From Nitrosopumilus maritimus SCM1 (lineage in GTDB: Archaea; Thermoproteota; Nitrososphaeria; Nitrososphaerales; Nitrosopumilaceae): 32,000 nt of DNA. Under the pieces are notes generated by a model. It made no database searches. It had not been told where the DNA came from and saw nothing but the letters and a program-made list of their open reading frames with translations. A program made the position numbers and the translations under genes. Where the stretch lies: assembly GCF_000018465.1 (NCBI RefSeq), contig NC_010085.1, forward strand, positions 1,320,001-1,352,000, read 5' to 3'. Positions 1 through 9,227 of the stretch are shown here, piece by piece. Within the stretch, counting starts at the first letter, position 1, and every line of letters starts with the position of its first letter.

Positions 1-2
1 CA

Positions 3-116
3 CTCAGAACACCAATAATTGAAATTGGTTACGTAACTACAGGAAAAGGTGTAATATTACAAAGAGACAACAAAGACATTCCTCTCAAAGACAAAGGTTG
101 GAAACACTTTAGATAA
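3..116 (+). CDS. 3' end of a truncated CDS running off the left edge (...LRTPIIEIGYVTTGKGVILQRDNKDIPLKDKGWKHFR*); product not recognised
   Basis: Open frame from the window edge to TAA at 114-116, read directly. Confidence 0.55.
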   Translation, partial: LRTPIIEIGYVTTGKGVILQRDNKDIPLKDKGWKHFR

Positions 117-437
117 TTATTCGTCGTGTGATACGTCTCGCTCTACATTGTTTACTATTTCAAAAACAGATTCAGCAGGTAACACTGCAACACATTCAGT
201 CATCCACAAGTCATCAAGGTAGAGTAATCTCTTTTTATCATCTTCAGGCAAATCATCAGGTTGTGCTTCAGGGTATAGTGCATGCATCTTGTATCCTTCA
301 TTTGCAATTTGTTGGCATTTTTTTTCTTGGGGAGATAAAATCACTTCATTGATCGGTGCCATTGATTGCATTGCCATTGAACCAAACAAGGCAGCAGCTA
401 CTGCCACACCGATTGCCAGAAACCAAATGTTTCCCAT
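117..437 (-). CDS. Hypothetical small protein with an N-terminal transmembrane segment
   Basis: 106-aa ORF; hydrophobic N-terminus IWFLAIGVAVAAALFGSMAM. Confidence 0.6.
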   Translation of the reverse strand: MGNIWFLAIGVAVAAALFGSMAMQSMAPINEVILSPQEKKCQQIANEGYKMHALYPEAQPDDLPEDDKKRLLYLDDLWMTECVAVLPAESVFEIVNNVERDVSHDE

Positions 438-553
438 ACGGAAATTCAGAGTTTTTCAGTATAAGAATAATAGTCGATTTTGGGCCAAGTGGCAAAATCA
501 AAGCAAAATTCCAAAATCAATGTTTTTTAAACCCCTTTAGGTGTGAGTAGTCA

Positions 554-1072
554 TTGTCAGAAACTGAAGCCAAAGTTGAGGAAGCACCAGTCGAAGAGGC
601 ACCAGCCCAAGAGACTGAGGCACCTGTCGAGGAAGCAAAATCCGAGGCAGTAGTAGAAAAAGCCCAACCAGAGGCAAAGAAAGAGGGCCCAGAAAAATGG
701 GGTATCGCTCACATTTACAGTAGTTACAATAACACAATCATTCACATGACCGATCTTACTGGTGGAGAAACTGTTTCTATCAGTTCAGGTGGAATTCATG
801 TCAATGCAGACAGATACGAATCATCACCATTTGCTGCAATGAAAGCTGCAAATCAAGTTGTAGAATCTGCAAAGACAAAAGGATTCACAGGATTTCACAT
901 CAGAGTTCGCGCAGTTGGTGGAGTTGGTTCTAGAGTTCCAGGTCCAGGTGCACAAGCTGCAATCAGAGCATTAGCAAGAGGTGGATTTAAGATTGGAAGA
1001 ATTGATGATGTTACACCTATTCCTCATGACACCACTAGAAAGAAGGGTGGAAAGAGAGGAAGAAGAGTCTAG
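554..1072 (+). CDS. rps11: 30S ribosomal protein S11 (uS11) with a long acidic N-terminal extension
   Basis: Core [33 protein letters not shown]...[19 protein letters not shown] is typical uS11. The apparent start codon is TTG at 554. Confidence 0.95.
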   Translation: MSETEAKVEEAPVEEAPAQETEAPVEEAKSEAVVEKAQPEAKKEGPEKWGIAHIYSSYNNTIIHMTDLTGGETVSISSGGIHVNADRYESSPFAAMKAANQVVESAKTKGFTGFHIRVRAVGGVGSRVPGPGAQAAIRALARGGFKIGRIDDVTPIPHDTTRKKGGKRGRRV

Positions 1073-1377
1073 GCAACTACTCTAACTTTAACTTCACAAT
1101 TTTTAGAAGCAAAATAATCTCGCATAAATTCTGCAAACTTTTCTTCAGGTTTTGATCTGTATCTTGTTAACATATCAGCAAATTTTGTTGTAATGCCGTC
1201 ATGTAAATCTGATTTGAATGCAATTTGAAAAAAAGTCCAACCAAAATTTTCTTTTGGTTCACTGAACATGTATCCGTTGTATGCACCAGTTAATGTTTCC
1301 ATGTGGGAGAGAGCTCTTTTGATGTTAAATGCATCATCAGAATAATTTTTTGTAGAAATTTCTAGAGTTATTGCCAT
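1069..1377 (-). CDS. Hypothetical protein
   Basis: 102-aa ORF; stop shares the CTAG tetranucleotide with the convergent rps11 stop; start overlaps the upstream gene's stop (TAATG). Confidence 0.65.
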   Translation of the reverse strand: MAITLEISTKNYSDDAFNIKRALSHMETLTGAYNGYMFSEPKENFGWTFFQIAFKSDLHDGITTKFADMLTRYRSKPEEKFAEFMRDYFASKNCEVKVRVVA

Positions 1378-1781
1378 TATTCATCCTTTGATTGTTTGGT
1401 GAGTTTGTCAGTTAATGAAACAAATTTTCCATCTTGTTCAACATTGATTTTAGTTTCCATTCGGATGTGTAGTCCAACTGCTCTAAACAGTGTCATGAGT
1501 TTACCACCATCAATTGTCTCATTTAGTTCTCCAGATTTGATTAGTTCGGATAATTTTTGTACAATCATTGCAGTTTCATTTGGAAATTGAGATTCTGCAT
1601 TTTGTAACACTTCTAGTCCTCTGAATCCCAAAACTTTGACTAGGATATCTCGTGGGTTTTCAGGTGGTTTTTCTTGTGTTTGCTCTGGAGTTTTTTCTGA
1701 ATCCTGTCTAGTGTTGATGTTTTTTTGCATCTCTGCTAGTCTCTTTGCCTTTAGTCGCTCTAGTTCTGAATCGTCGCTCAA
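1377..1781 (-). CDS. Probable PDCD5/TFAR19-like DNA-binding protein
   Basis: 134 aa; N-terminal LERLKAKRLAEMQK, then a helical ILVKVLGFRGLEVLQNAESQFPNETAMIVQKLSELIKSG core. Resemblance judged by eye. 4-nt overlap with rtcB. Confidence 0.5.
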   Translation of the reverse strand: MSDDSELERLKAKRLAEMQKNINTRQDSEKTPEQTQEKPPENPRDILVKVLGFRGLEVLQNAESQFPNETAMIVQKLSELIKSGELNETIDGGKLMTLFRAVGLHIRMETKINVEQDGKFVSLTDKLTKQSKDE

Positions 1782-3226
1782 CCTTTAATCACACCTATAG
1801 GCACCAATTTTGCTACTTTGGTGGCAATTCCTAGATTGTGAGATACATCAACTACAGAATTAACGTCCTTGTAGGCTTGAGGTGTCTCTTCCACAACTCC
1901 ATCTCGGGTTAATGCCTTGATAAATATGCCCTTGTCATTTAGGGATTTTTTAACATCATCTTCAGTGTAATTTCGTCTTGCTTTGGAACGTGACATTGTT
2001 CTTCCTGCACCATGTGCAGTAGAACCAAAGCTCAAGTCCATAGAATTTGGTTGTCCTAAAAGTATCCAGCTTGCAGTACCCATTGAACCTGGAACCAATA
2101 CGGGTTGCCCCAAATGACGATATTTTGTTGGAACCTCATCTCTGTTTGCAGGAAATGCTCTAGTTGCACCTTTTCTGTGGACAACTAGTTTTCTTTCTTC
2201 TCCGTTTACTTTGTGTTTTTCAACTTTAGCTATATTGTGTGCAACGTCGTACACTAGTTTCATGTCAAGATCAGATTCAGATTGGTTGAATACGCGTTCA
2301 AAAGATTTTCTTGTCCAATGAGTGATCATCTGTCTGTTACTCCATGCAAAGTTTAAAGCTGCAAACATTGCTTTTCTGTAAGACTCTCCTTCTTCAGAAG
2401 TATTTGGAACACATGCAAGTTCTCTGTCTGGTAGAGTGATGTCATACTTTGACATTGCTTGTTCTGATACTCTCAAATAATCACTACAAACTTGGTGACC
2501 AAATCCTCTTGAACCACAATGAACTAGAACTGTAATTGTTCCTTCTTTGATTCCCATCTTTTCAGCTGCTTCTTCATCATGAACTTCTGCAACCTTTTGA
2601 ATTTCTAAAAAGTGATTTCCAGAGCCTAAACTTCCAAGTTGTGGAGCTCCTCTCTTTCTTGCTTTATCTGAAACTTTGTTAGGGTCTGCATTTTTTATCT
2701 GACCATTCTCTTCACAAACATCTGAATCATTTGTAGAACCATAACCATGATCAATTGCCCAGTTTACACCATTAACTAGAACCTCGTCTAGTTCTGAGTG
2801 ACTAAGTTTTACTGCACCTTTAGAGCCAACTCCTGAAGGAATTGAACTAAACAAATCAGTTACCAAGTCCTTTAGTTTTGAGCGAACTACTTCTTCAGTT
2901 AGATTAGAGCGGAGCAATCTCACTCCACAGTTAATGTCATAACCGACACCACCAGGACTGATCATTCCTTCTTCAGCATCCATAGCAGCAACTCCACCTA
3001 CTGGAAAACCATACCCTTCATGTCCATCAGGTAAAACTACACTGTGTCCTACGATTCCAGGAATAGATGAGACATTTCTTGCTTGCATGATAGTTCTATC
3101 TGTAAGCATTTTGTCAAGTAATCCTTGATTTGCGTAAATCTTTACTGGAACTTTCATTCCTAAATTAGAATCAGCATCAATTTGGTATTGATTCTCACCA
3201 ATTTTCTTTGGAGTAATGTCACCCAT
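1778..3226 (-). CDS. rtcB: tRNA-splicing ligase RtcB (3'-phosphate/5'-OH RNA ligase)
   Basis: 482 aa; motifs GGVGYDINCGVRLLRSN, HCGSRGFGHQVCSDY, GTAHGAGR(T)MSRSKA; no obvious intein. Confidence 0.95.
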   Translation of the reverse strand: MGDITPKKIGENQYQIDADSNLGMKVPVKIYANQGLLDKMLTDRTIMQARNVSSIPGIVGHSVVLPDGHEGYGFPVGGVAAMDAEEGMISPGGVGYDINCGVRLLRSNLTEEVVRSKLKDLVTDLFSSIPSGVGSKGAVKLSHSELDEVLVNGVNWAIDHGYGSTNDSDVCEENGQIKNADPNKVSDKARKRGAPQLGSLGSGNHFLEIQKVAEVHDEEAAEKMGIKEGTITVLVHCGSRGFGHQVCSDYLRVSEQAMSKYDITLPDRELACVPNTSEEGESYRKAMFAALNFAWSNRQMITHWTRKSFERVFNQSESDLDMKLVYDVAHNIAKVEKHKVNGEERKLVVHRKGATRAFPANRDEVPTKYRHLGQPVLVPGSMGTASWILLGQPNSMDLSFGSTAHGAGRTMSRSKARRNYTEDDVKKSLNDKGIFIKALTRDGVVEETPQAYKDVNSVVDVSHNLGIATKVAKLVPIGVIKG

Positions 3227-3278
3227 ACAATTTGAAAATCTACAAGTTGCAATTTTAATCTTCAGTAAAATATGATTC

Positions 3279-3539
3279 TTGAAAAATTCAAAACGGAAAA
3301 TGATGATAGGACTTAACTATGATAAATTACATTTAGAAAATATGGTAAGACGAAAACTAACTGAAGAAGAGAAAGAGAAACAAAAAGACGAACAAAAAAC
3401 TAGAGCAAAAGCATCAAGGGCAGCAAGAAGAAGTGGGAAAAGCATCAAAAAAGAAGGCAAAGTGAGCAAGTCAAAGGCCAAGACAAAGGAGCCTAGATCT
3501 CAAAGAAAGATTGCCACAATAAACAAATCACGATACTAG
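3279..3539 (+). CDS. Small Lys/Arg-rich hypothetical protein; the true start may be the internal ATG near 3339 (MVRRKLTEEE...)
   Basis: 86-aa ORF; highly basic C-terminal two thirds. Confidence 0.5.
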   Translation: MKNSKRKMMIGLNYDKLHLENMVRRKLTEEEKEKQKDEQKTRAKASRAARRSGKSIKKEGKVSKSKAKTKEPRSQRKIATINKSRY

Positions 3540-3581
3540 ACTAGGAGTAGATTTATTTTCCAATAGATTCAATCTGAATCA

Positions 3582-4943
3582 TTGGCAATTCTACCTATTG
3601 ATAGTGGCCGTTATGGCACTAAAGAAATGATGGAAATTTTTAGTGAACAGAATAAAGTCGACTATCAATTACAAATTGAAGGAGCAGCTGCAATTTCACA
3701 AAGTGAAATTGGAATGATTCCAAAAACAGTTGGAAGAAAAATTTTCAAAACTGCAAATTCAGGTAAAATTACTGCAAAGAGAATCAAGCAACTTGAAGCT
3801 AAAAGTGATCACGATACAGCAGCACTTGTTGAATCACTAAGTGAAAAGTGTACCAAAGATGCAAGACCATGGATTCACTATGGATTGACAAGCAATGACT
3901 TGGTTGATACGAGTAACTCTATGCAGATGCGCGATGCATTATTAATCATTGAACCAAAAGTTGCAAAGATTGCATCCATTTTAGCAAAAAAAGCAGTAAA
4001 GCACTCCAAGGTTCCAGCAGTTGGTAGAACACACGGACAGCATGCCAGTATCATTTCATTTGGATTAAAATTTGCAAATTGGGCAGCCGAGATGGCAAAG
4101 CACGTTGAGAGAATTGAAGAAATCAAGAAAAGAATTTTGATTTGCAAGACACTAGGTGTTGTTGGAACAGGTTCGCTAATGGGTGCAAAATCACTTGAAG
4201 TCCAGAGACGAGCTGCAAAGAGATTGAAATTGTTCCCAGCTGAAGTTACAACTCAAGTTGTTCCAAGGGAGAGATATGCAGAATACGTCTTTGAGTTAGC
4301 TTTGATTGGTGCAACATTAGAGAAAATTGCAATAGAGATTAGAAATTTGCAGAGAACAGAGATTGGTGAGGTAGCTGAGCAATTCAAGAAAGGTCAGATG
4401 GGAAGCAGTGCAGTTCCCGTAAAGAGAAATCCAATCAAAAGTGAGCGTGTATCATCATTATCCAAGCTAGTTAGAAGCCAAGTTGCTCTATCATTTGAGA
4501 ACATTCCACTTTGGCACGAGCGTGATTTATCAAATTCAGCTAATGAGCGATTTGTAATTCCTACAGTATCAATTCTTGTAGATGAGATGCTTGAAACCAT
4601 GACTAGAATTGTTTCAAATCTATTGGTAAATGAAAAGAGAATTGTTGATAATCTCTACATCACAAAGGGACAAATCTTTGCTGAATTTGTTTTAGAAGCA
4701 CTAATCAAGAAAGGTGTTCCAAGATTTGTTGCATACAGAGACGTGCAGCGAGTTGCATTTTTGGCAAATGACAAGGGAATGCTCTACAAAGATGCAATCA
4801 AAAATGACAAGGCATTCACATCAAAGCTAACTGACAAAGAGATTGATGCAATATTCTCACCTGAAAAACACTTGGGTGCATCACCTAAAATTATCAGTAA
4901 CGTAAACCAGTCTGTTCAAAAGACAGTAAAGAAATTCATCTAG
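3582..4943 (+). CDS. purB: Adenylosuccinate lyase
   Basis: 453 aa; fumarase/aspartase superfamily signature GSSAVPVKRNPIKSE; VGRTHGQHASIISFG. Confidence 0.93.
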   Translation: MAILPIDSGRYGTKEMMEIFSEQNKVDYQLQIEGAAAISQSEIGMIPKTVGRKIFKTANSGKITAKRIKQLEAKSDHDTAALVESLSEKCTKDARPWIHYGLTSNDLVDTSNSMQMRDALLIIEPKVAKIASILAKKAVKHSKVPAVGRTHGQHASIISFGLKFANWAAEMAKHVERIEEIKKRILICKTLGVVGTGSLMGAKSLEVQRRAAKRLKLFPAEVTTQVVPRERYAEYVFELALIGATLEKIAIEIRNLQRTEIGEVAEQFKKGQMGSSAVPVKRNPIKSERVSSLSKLVRSQVALSFENIPLWHERDLSNSANERFVIPTVSILVDEMLETMTRIVSNLLVNEKRIVDNLYITKGQIFAEFVLEALIKKGVPRFVAYRDVQRVAFLANDKGMLYKDAIKNDKAFTSKLTDKEIDAIFSPEKHLGASPKIISNVNQSVQKTVKKFI

Positions 4944-4945
4944 AC

Positions 4946-4969
4946 TTGAACCCATTATAACAGGTTCAA
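4946..4969. terminator. Possible hairpin (terminator-like) between convergent purB and the small RHH ORF
   Basis: Perfect 7-bp inverted repeat TTGAACC (4946-4952) / GGTTCAA (4963-4969) just after the purB stop. Confidence 0.3.
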
Positions 4970-4972
4970 AAT

Positions 4973-5116
4973 TTACTTGAGACCTTTTCGTAAAACTTCA
5001 TTTAACACATTAGAGAAGCTTACTGATTTTTCGGTTTTTATGATCTGTTTTGCTTGAATCATTCTAATTTTCTTATCGAATTCATCATTAAGCATTATTG
5101 TGATTCTTTTTGCCAT
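4973..5116 (-). CDS. Small ribbon-helix-helix-like DNA-binding protein, 47 aa
   Basis: Below the ORF-track size cutoff. Reverse strand reads MAKRITIMLNDEFDKKIRMIQAKQIIKTEKSVSFSNVLNEVLRKGLK*; the 'ITIMLNDEFDKKI...SFSNVLNEVLRKGL' pattern is RHH-like. Confidence 0.7.
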   Translation of the reverse strand: MAKRITIMLNDEFDKKIRMIQAKQIIKTEKSVSFSNVLNEVLRKGLK

Positions 5117-5202
5117 GCGTATTTTTCAAGTTTGTTATAATTAAGGAGATCCTGCCAAAAATGGAAATGATACAATATGATTATATTCTATTATGCAAAT
5201 TT

Positions 5203-6207
5203 TCATTCCAGTTCAGCATGTCCAAATAAAGTACTAAATGCTTGACACCAAATCAAAACATTATCGTATTTTGTCAAATCTACATCAGAGGGAATGATGT
5301 ATGATTGCTCTCCACCAAATGACTGTATTTGTCCAACACTAACAAAATCATTTGCAGATTTGTCAGTTGCAAGATACACGTACAAATCAGGACCATGTGT
5401 TGTGTCAAAGGTTTCATCAAAGTGCAGAGTTCCTCCTTGATCAGGTGTGAATTCTATGCTTGCAGTACCAGAGACTCTATGTATAAAATCAGCATCATGA
5501 AATTGGCCTGAAAAAGTTTGAGGTTCTAAAACAGCAGATGGTACAGACAGTATTCCGTTTGCAATCAAAAATTGAATATTATTTAGAAATTCATCATCAG
5601 AGATTATTCCCTCAGTCCACCATTTTCCGTTATTTTTGATCCAATCAGGAATTTCATCTGATTGTTCATCAGAAATTACAGTTGGAGGCACAACTAGAAT
5701 GCCTTGATTGATGAGAAACTCTATTCCACGCACAAATTCTTGGTCACCAATAATGCCATCAGCCCACCATTCAACATTGTTTTTTATCCATTCTGGAATT
5801 TGATTTGGCACACCTTCAACACTAATTGATAGTGATTCGTATTGATGTGTGCATACTTGTCTATGAATTTCTCTGCACTGGCTGATTACTTGAAGAAAAT
5901 AGTTTCCTGTTTCTGCATCAACAGGTATTGGAATCGATATAGAAAATTCTCCATCAGCATTACTTGTTGTGTAGTCATCAAAAATTTTTATTCCGTTAGG
6001 AGTTGCTGCAGTTACTCGTAACAGTACATCTGATGTTGCTTCATCATTGTAATTTACCCATCCTGAAATTACAATGTCTTCTCCTTGTTTGTAGTTGAAT
6101 TTCTCTGATGTAATTATTGGACTAGATATGTGGGTTTGATAGGAATCTAGAATCATAACATTTGAAGAAAATAAAACAACTACAAGGAATAGTACACTTT
6201 TGATCAT
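5203..6207 (-). CDS. Secreted protein with two thaumarchaeal 'IPxWIKNNxxWWxxGxI' repeats and a C-terminal DM13-like domain
   Basis: Signal peptide; repeats IPEWIKNNVEWWADGIIGDQEFVRGIEFLINQGIL and IPDWIKNNGKWWTEGIISDDEFLNNIQFLIANGIL; C-terminus FSGQFHDADFIHRVSGTASIEF...GPDLYVYLA...YDNVLIWCQAFSTLFGHAEL. Confidence 0.8.
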   Translation of the reverse strand: MIKSVLFLVVVLFSSNVMILDSYQTHISSPIITSEKFNYKQGEDIVISGWVNYNDEATSDVLLRVTAATPNGIKIFDDYTTSNADGEFSISIPIPVDAETGNYFLQVISQCREIHRQVCTHQYESLSISVEGVPNQIPEWIKNNVEWWADGIIGDQEFVRGIEFLINQGILVVPPTVISDEQSDEIPDWIKNNGKWWTEGIISDDEFLNNIQFLIANGILSVPSAVLEPQTFSGQFHDADFIHRVSGTASIEFTPDQGGTLHFDETFDTTHGPDLYVYLATDKSANDFVSVGQIQSFGGEQSYIIPSDVDLTKYDNVLIWCQAFSTLFGHAELE

Positions 6208-6249
6208 ATTGTTTTTTGAAAAAAACTAGTATTTCAATTAAATTACAAA

Positions 6250-7284
6250 TTATGGTTTTGCAATATAGTAATAGTTGATTGGATCATGTGGAAGTTCTTT
6301 TACATCCACACTGGAAAATCCTGCTTCATTGAGCATTTGAGTTGCTAATTCTTTGCCCCACATAGCACCAAGACCTTTTCCTTCTAATGCCAAAGATACA
6401 GTCATGCAATGCAAGCACGAAACTGTGTAAAGGTAAGGTGCCAATGAATGATTCATGTTATTTTCTAATTTTGATGAAGCACGAATATCTTGCATCATAA
6501 ATATTCCATCAGGTTTTAGTGCTTTTTTGATGTTTTCTAAAACTTTATCAGGATTTGCTTGATCATGAATTGCATCAAATGCAGTAATTACATCAAAAGA
6601 ATTTTCACTATCAAAGTTTGCTGCATCTTGTTTTTCAAAGGTCACATTAGATAATCCAAGTTTTTGTGCCTCATTTTTGGCATTTTGAATTGCTTCGGAT
6701 GAAAAATCATAACCAGTAAAGTGAGAATTTGGAAATGATTTTGCCATCAGATTGATTGCTCTACCACTTCCACAACCAACATCTAGGACTTTGAGACCAG
6801 AATGTAATTTCTCATAGGTTGGAATTAATGGTAAGATTTCTTTTACTAGTGCTGGCAAAACTGTCTGCTGACTTTCTTCAGCCATTACAGTATGAAATCG
6901 ATTAAACATTTCATAAGAAACACCACCGCCTTTCTCAAAGCAATCAACAATATGATCCTCAACATATGCCAATGCAGGAATCCATTGCATTGATGATGCG
7001 AAGTTGTATTCTCCATCTCTTGTCAGAAACTCTGCCTTTTCTTTTGATAGTGAATATTTTTGAGATTCAGGATCATAATCAATAATTTTTGAAGTAACAA
7101 GACCTCCTAGCCATTCTCGAACATATCTTTCATTGAGATTTGCGGCAGTTGCAATCTCTTGACTAGTAGAGGGTTCAAGTTTTGACATTGCATCAAAGAG
7201 TTTGGTTCTATGGCCAACAGATAGTAATAATGCTATTGCTGCTTTGTTCATAACATCAAGCATTTCATCTTCAAATGAAGGCAT
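6250..7284 (-). CDS. SAM-dependent methyltransferase with N-terminal winged-helix-like region
   Basis: Motif I LKVLDVGCGSGRAINLMA; ENSFDVITAFDAIHDQANP; N-terminal TSQEIATAANLNERYVREWLGGLV. Confidence 0.85.
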   Translation of the reverse strand: MPSFEDEMLDVMNKAAIALLLSVGHRTKLFDAMSKLEPSTSQEIATAANLNERYVREWLGGLVTSKIIDYDPESQKYSLSKEKAEFLTRDGEYNFASSMQWIPALAYVEDHIVDCFEKGGGVSYEMFNRFHTVMAEESQQTVLPALVKEILPLIPTYEKLHSGLKVLDVGCGSGRAINLMAKSFPNSHFTGYDFSSEAIQNAKNEAQKLGLSNVTFEKQDAANFDSENSFDVITAFDAIHDQANPDKVLENIKKALKPDGIFMMQDIRASSKLENNMNHSLAPYLYTVSCLHCMTVSLALEGKGLGAMWGKELATQMLNEAGFSSVDVKELPHDPINYYYIAKP

Positions 7285-7456
7285 GAATCAATTAGAAATA
7301 TTCAGGATAATTATTGTTTTGAATCCTTGGGTTTGAATCTCATAAAACTTGAACCAATTATCAGAAAAAAATGAGGGTTAGAGTACTTGTACAAATAAAA
7401 TATGTAAAAACAAGTACTCAAAATTTAGTTTCCACTAGGGAAAAACTACGAGTACT

Positions 7457-7741
7457 TTAGAGAATTTGTGAACGAATTACTTCGTCAAAGGCTTCAAGAT
7501 ATGCAATCTGGGACAAAATCATTTCAGTTTGCATCGTATCAGATGTGTTTATTGGAGATCCTGTATCATTTGGGATTTTTAGAATCTCTGCTTCAACACC
7601 TTCAAGAAGCTCTCCAAACTCGTGAACTAGTACATCTGCCTCATGATCACCAAACACGTCAGTGATTCCTAATGCCATCATGACAACAAGTGCCATTATA
7701 GCAGTCAGTGCGACAGATTTCTTGCTATTTGTTCTAGTCAC
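7457..7741 (-). CDS. Hypothetical secreted protein
   Basis: 94-aa ORF with N-terminal signal-like hydrophobic segment (ALTAIMALVVMMALGITDVFG). Confidence 0.55.
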   Translation of the reverse strand: MTRTNSKKSVALTAIMALVVMMALGITDVFGDHEADVLVHEFGELLEGVEAEILKIPNDTGSPINTSDTMQTEMILSQIAYLEAFDEVIRSQIL

Positions 7742-7784
7742 AAGAAAAATTTCAAATTATCATATTTAACAATAAAGAAGAAAA

Positions 7785-7818
7785 GATCTGATTCCCATAA
7801 GGTTTGAACCATTTTTGG
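7785..7818. promoter_or_regulatory. Copy of recurrent intergenic element
   Basis: GATCTGATTCCCATAAGGTTTGAACCATTTTTGG; 30/34 identical to 11891-11924; 44 bp upstream of a minus-strand start. Confidence 0.4.
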
Positions 7819-7839
7819 GAACAAAATTAGTTTTCATTT

Positions 7840-8232
7840 TCAATCATATTCCCCGCATACATTATCCTTGATTGTTTGAATAGTAGGTTCCTCAAAGTAG
7901 AATATTTCTACAGGTTCCTGAGAGGATATTATTCTCTCGCATTTGTAAGTAATTTGTTGACCATCCAAACTATCTGAGAATGTCAATGAAACATATCTTG
8001 CATTCTTGGAGTATGTAAAGCTGATTTCTTTTTCAAACAAAGTTCCAGACATGGAAGTTATTCCACTTAGAGGATAAGTCTCACGAAACTGCTGCACCAA
8101 TTCATTTGACTGATATTCATCAATCTGTTGGTGGGTAAGTGGACCCATAACAAACACGAGAAATCCAGTTATCACAAAAAATGACAAGACAACCCCAATT
8201 ACTCCAATGATTATCAAGGGTTTGGTTTTCAT
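7840..8232 (-). CDS. Hypothetical membrane-anchored protein, last gene of a four-gene cluster
   Basis: 130 aa; leader MKTKPLIIIGVIGVVLSFFVITGFLVFV; start overlaps the stop of the upstream gene (ATGA). Confidence 0.6.
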   Translation of the reverse strand: MKTKPLIIIGVIGVVLSFFVITGFLVFVMGPLTHQQIDEYQSNELVQQFRETYPLSGITSMSGTLFEKEISFTYSKNARYVSLTFSDSLDGQQITYKCERIISSQEPVEIFYFEEPTIQTIKDNVCGEYD

Positions 8233-9227
8233 TTTCTATTCAATGTACAGTGATCAGTGTCAATCCAGTGAGTGTTGTTTCTGAATTTTATGTTTGGTTT
8301 TACATTAAGGTAATCATTGTCATTACACAATTTGTCTATCACTGGAACATACTCATCTAGATTGTCATGAATTTTAGTATTAATTTCTGCTCTATCAAAC
8401 AGGTAAAACACATCATCGTTATGATTTGTTTGATATGCCCATTCCTCAAATGAAAATGCACATCCACTCTTTATCATGTTGAGATCATATGGTACGCCTG
8501 CACCAGCAGGTGCTGGTTCACATATACCTCTTGGCGTACCATCCTCATTGTACCTTTGCATGCCACAAGGATCACGAATTGATTGGTAATATTCAAACAA
8601 AGTATCAAAGAGTTCTGCACAATAAGGATAGTTGTTTAGGAGATTTTTATCAGAAATTAATGTCAAATCAGGATACTTTAACTCCCATTTACAATACTGC
8701 ATATCATAGTTGTGAGTAGAGTTTTCTATGATTAGATCTGGCAGTTTTTCCTTGTGTATTGTTTCATCACAATTTGCAATATACTCTTTAGACTTTACAT
8801 CTACATCATCATTTGGTCTAAAGTTAAAACCATCAATACTTATTTTTCCATACTCTACAATAATTGCAACATCATCAGGATATTTTTTTGTAAATTCTTT
8901 GATTATTGGGATCAATTCTTTATTTTCAATCACAGCCTCAATTTCCTTGGTTTGGTGATTCAGATTTACTGCATACGAACTTGGTGGCAAATCCTCATGC
9001 AATTGTCTGACTTTTTTCCTAAGATCAAGTTCTATACCCTCAAGTTTTGCTTTTAATTCTGGTTCAATGTACGAACGTTCTCCGGGCTTTGGTTCATTCT
9101 CTATTCTCTGTCTTTCATACTCTAATTGTTCCAAATAATTTTCATATCTATCAAGTGCAGCAAATGTAACAAATGGAATTGTAGTCATCATAATTACTCC
9201 AATTATTATTAAAAATCTAGTTTTCAT
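8229..9227 (-). CDS. Hypothetical secreted/membrane-anchored protein
   Basis: 332 aa; leader MKTRFLIIIGVIMMTTIPFVTFAA; directly abuts the next gene upstream. Confidence 0.65.
   Translation of the reverse strand: MKTRFLIIIGVIMMTTIPFVTFAALDRYENYLEQLEYERQRIENEPKPGERSYIEPELKAKLEGIELDLRKKVRQLHEDLPPSSYAVNLNHQTKEIEAVIENKELIPIIKEFTKKYPDDVAIIVEYGKISIDGFNFRPNDDVDVKSKEYIANCDETIHKEKLPDLIIENSTHNYDMQYCKWELKYPDLTLISDKNLLNNYPYCAELFDTLFEYYQSIRDPCGMQRYNEDGTPRGICEPAPAGAGVPYDLNMIKSGCAFSFEEWAYQTNHNDDVFYLFDRAEINTKIHDNLDEYVPVIDKLCNDNDYLNVKPNIKFRNNTHWIDTDHCTLNRK

Noticed and set aside
5162-5230. 22-aa plus-strand ORF (MEMIQYDYILLCKFSFQFSMSK) preceded by an AAGGAG-like sequence
   Set aside because: Too short, ends inside the convergent secreted-protein gene, and nothing else supports translation.
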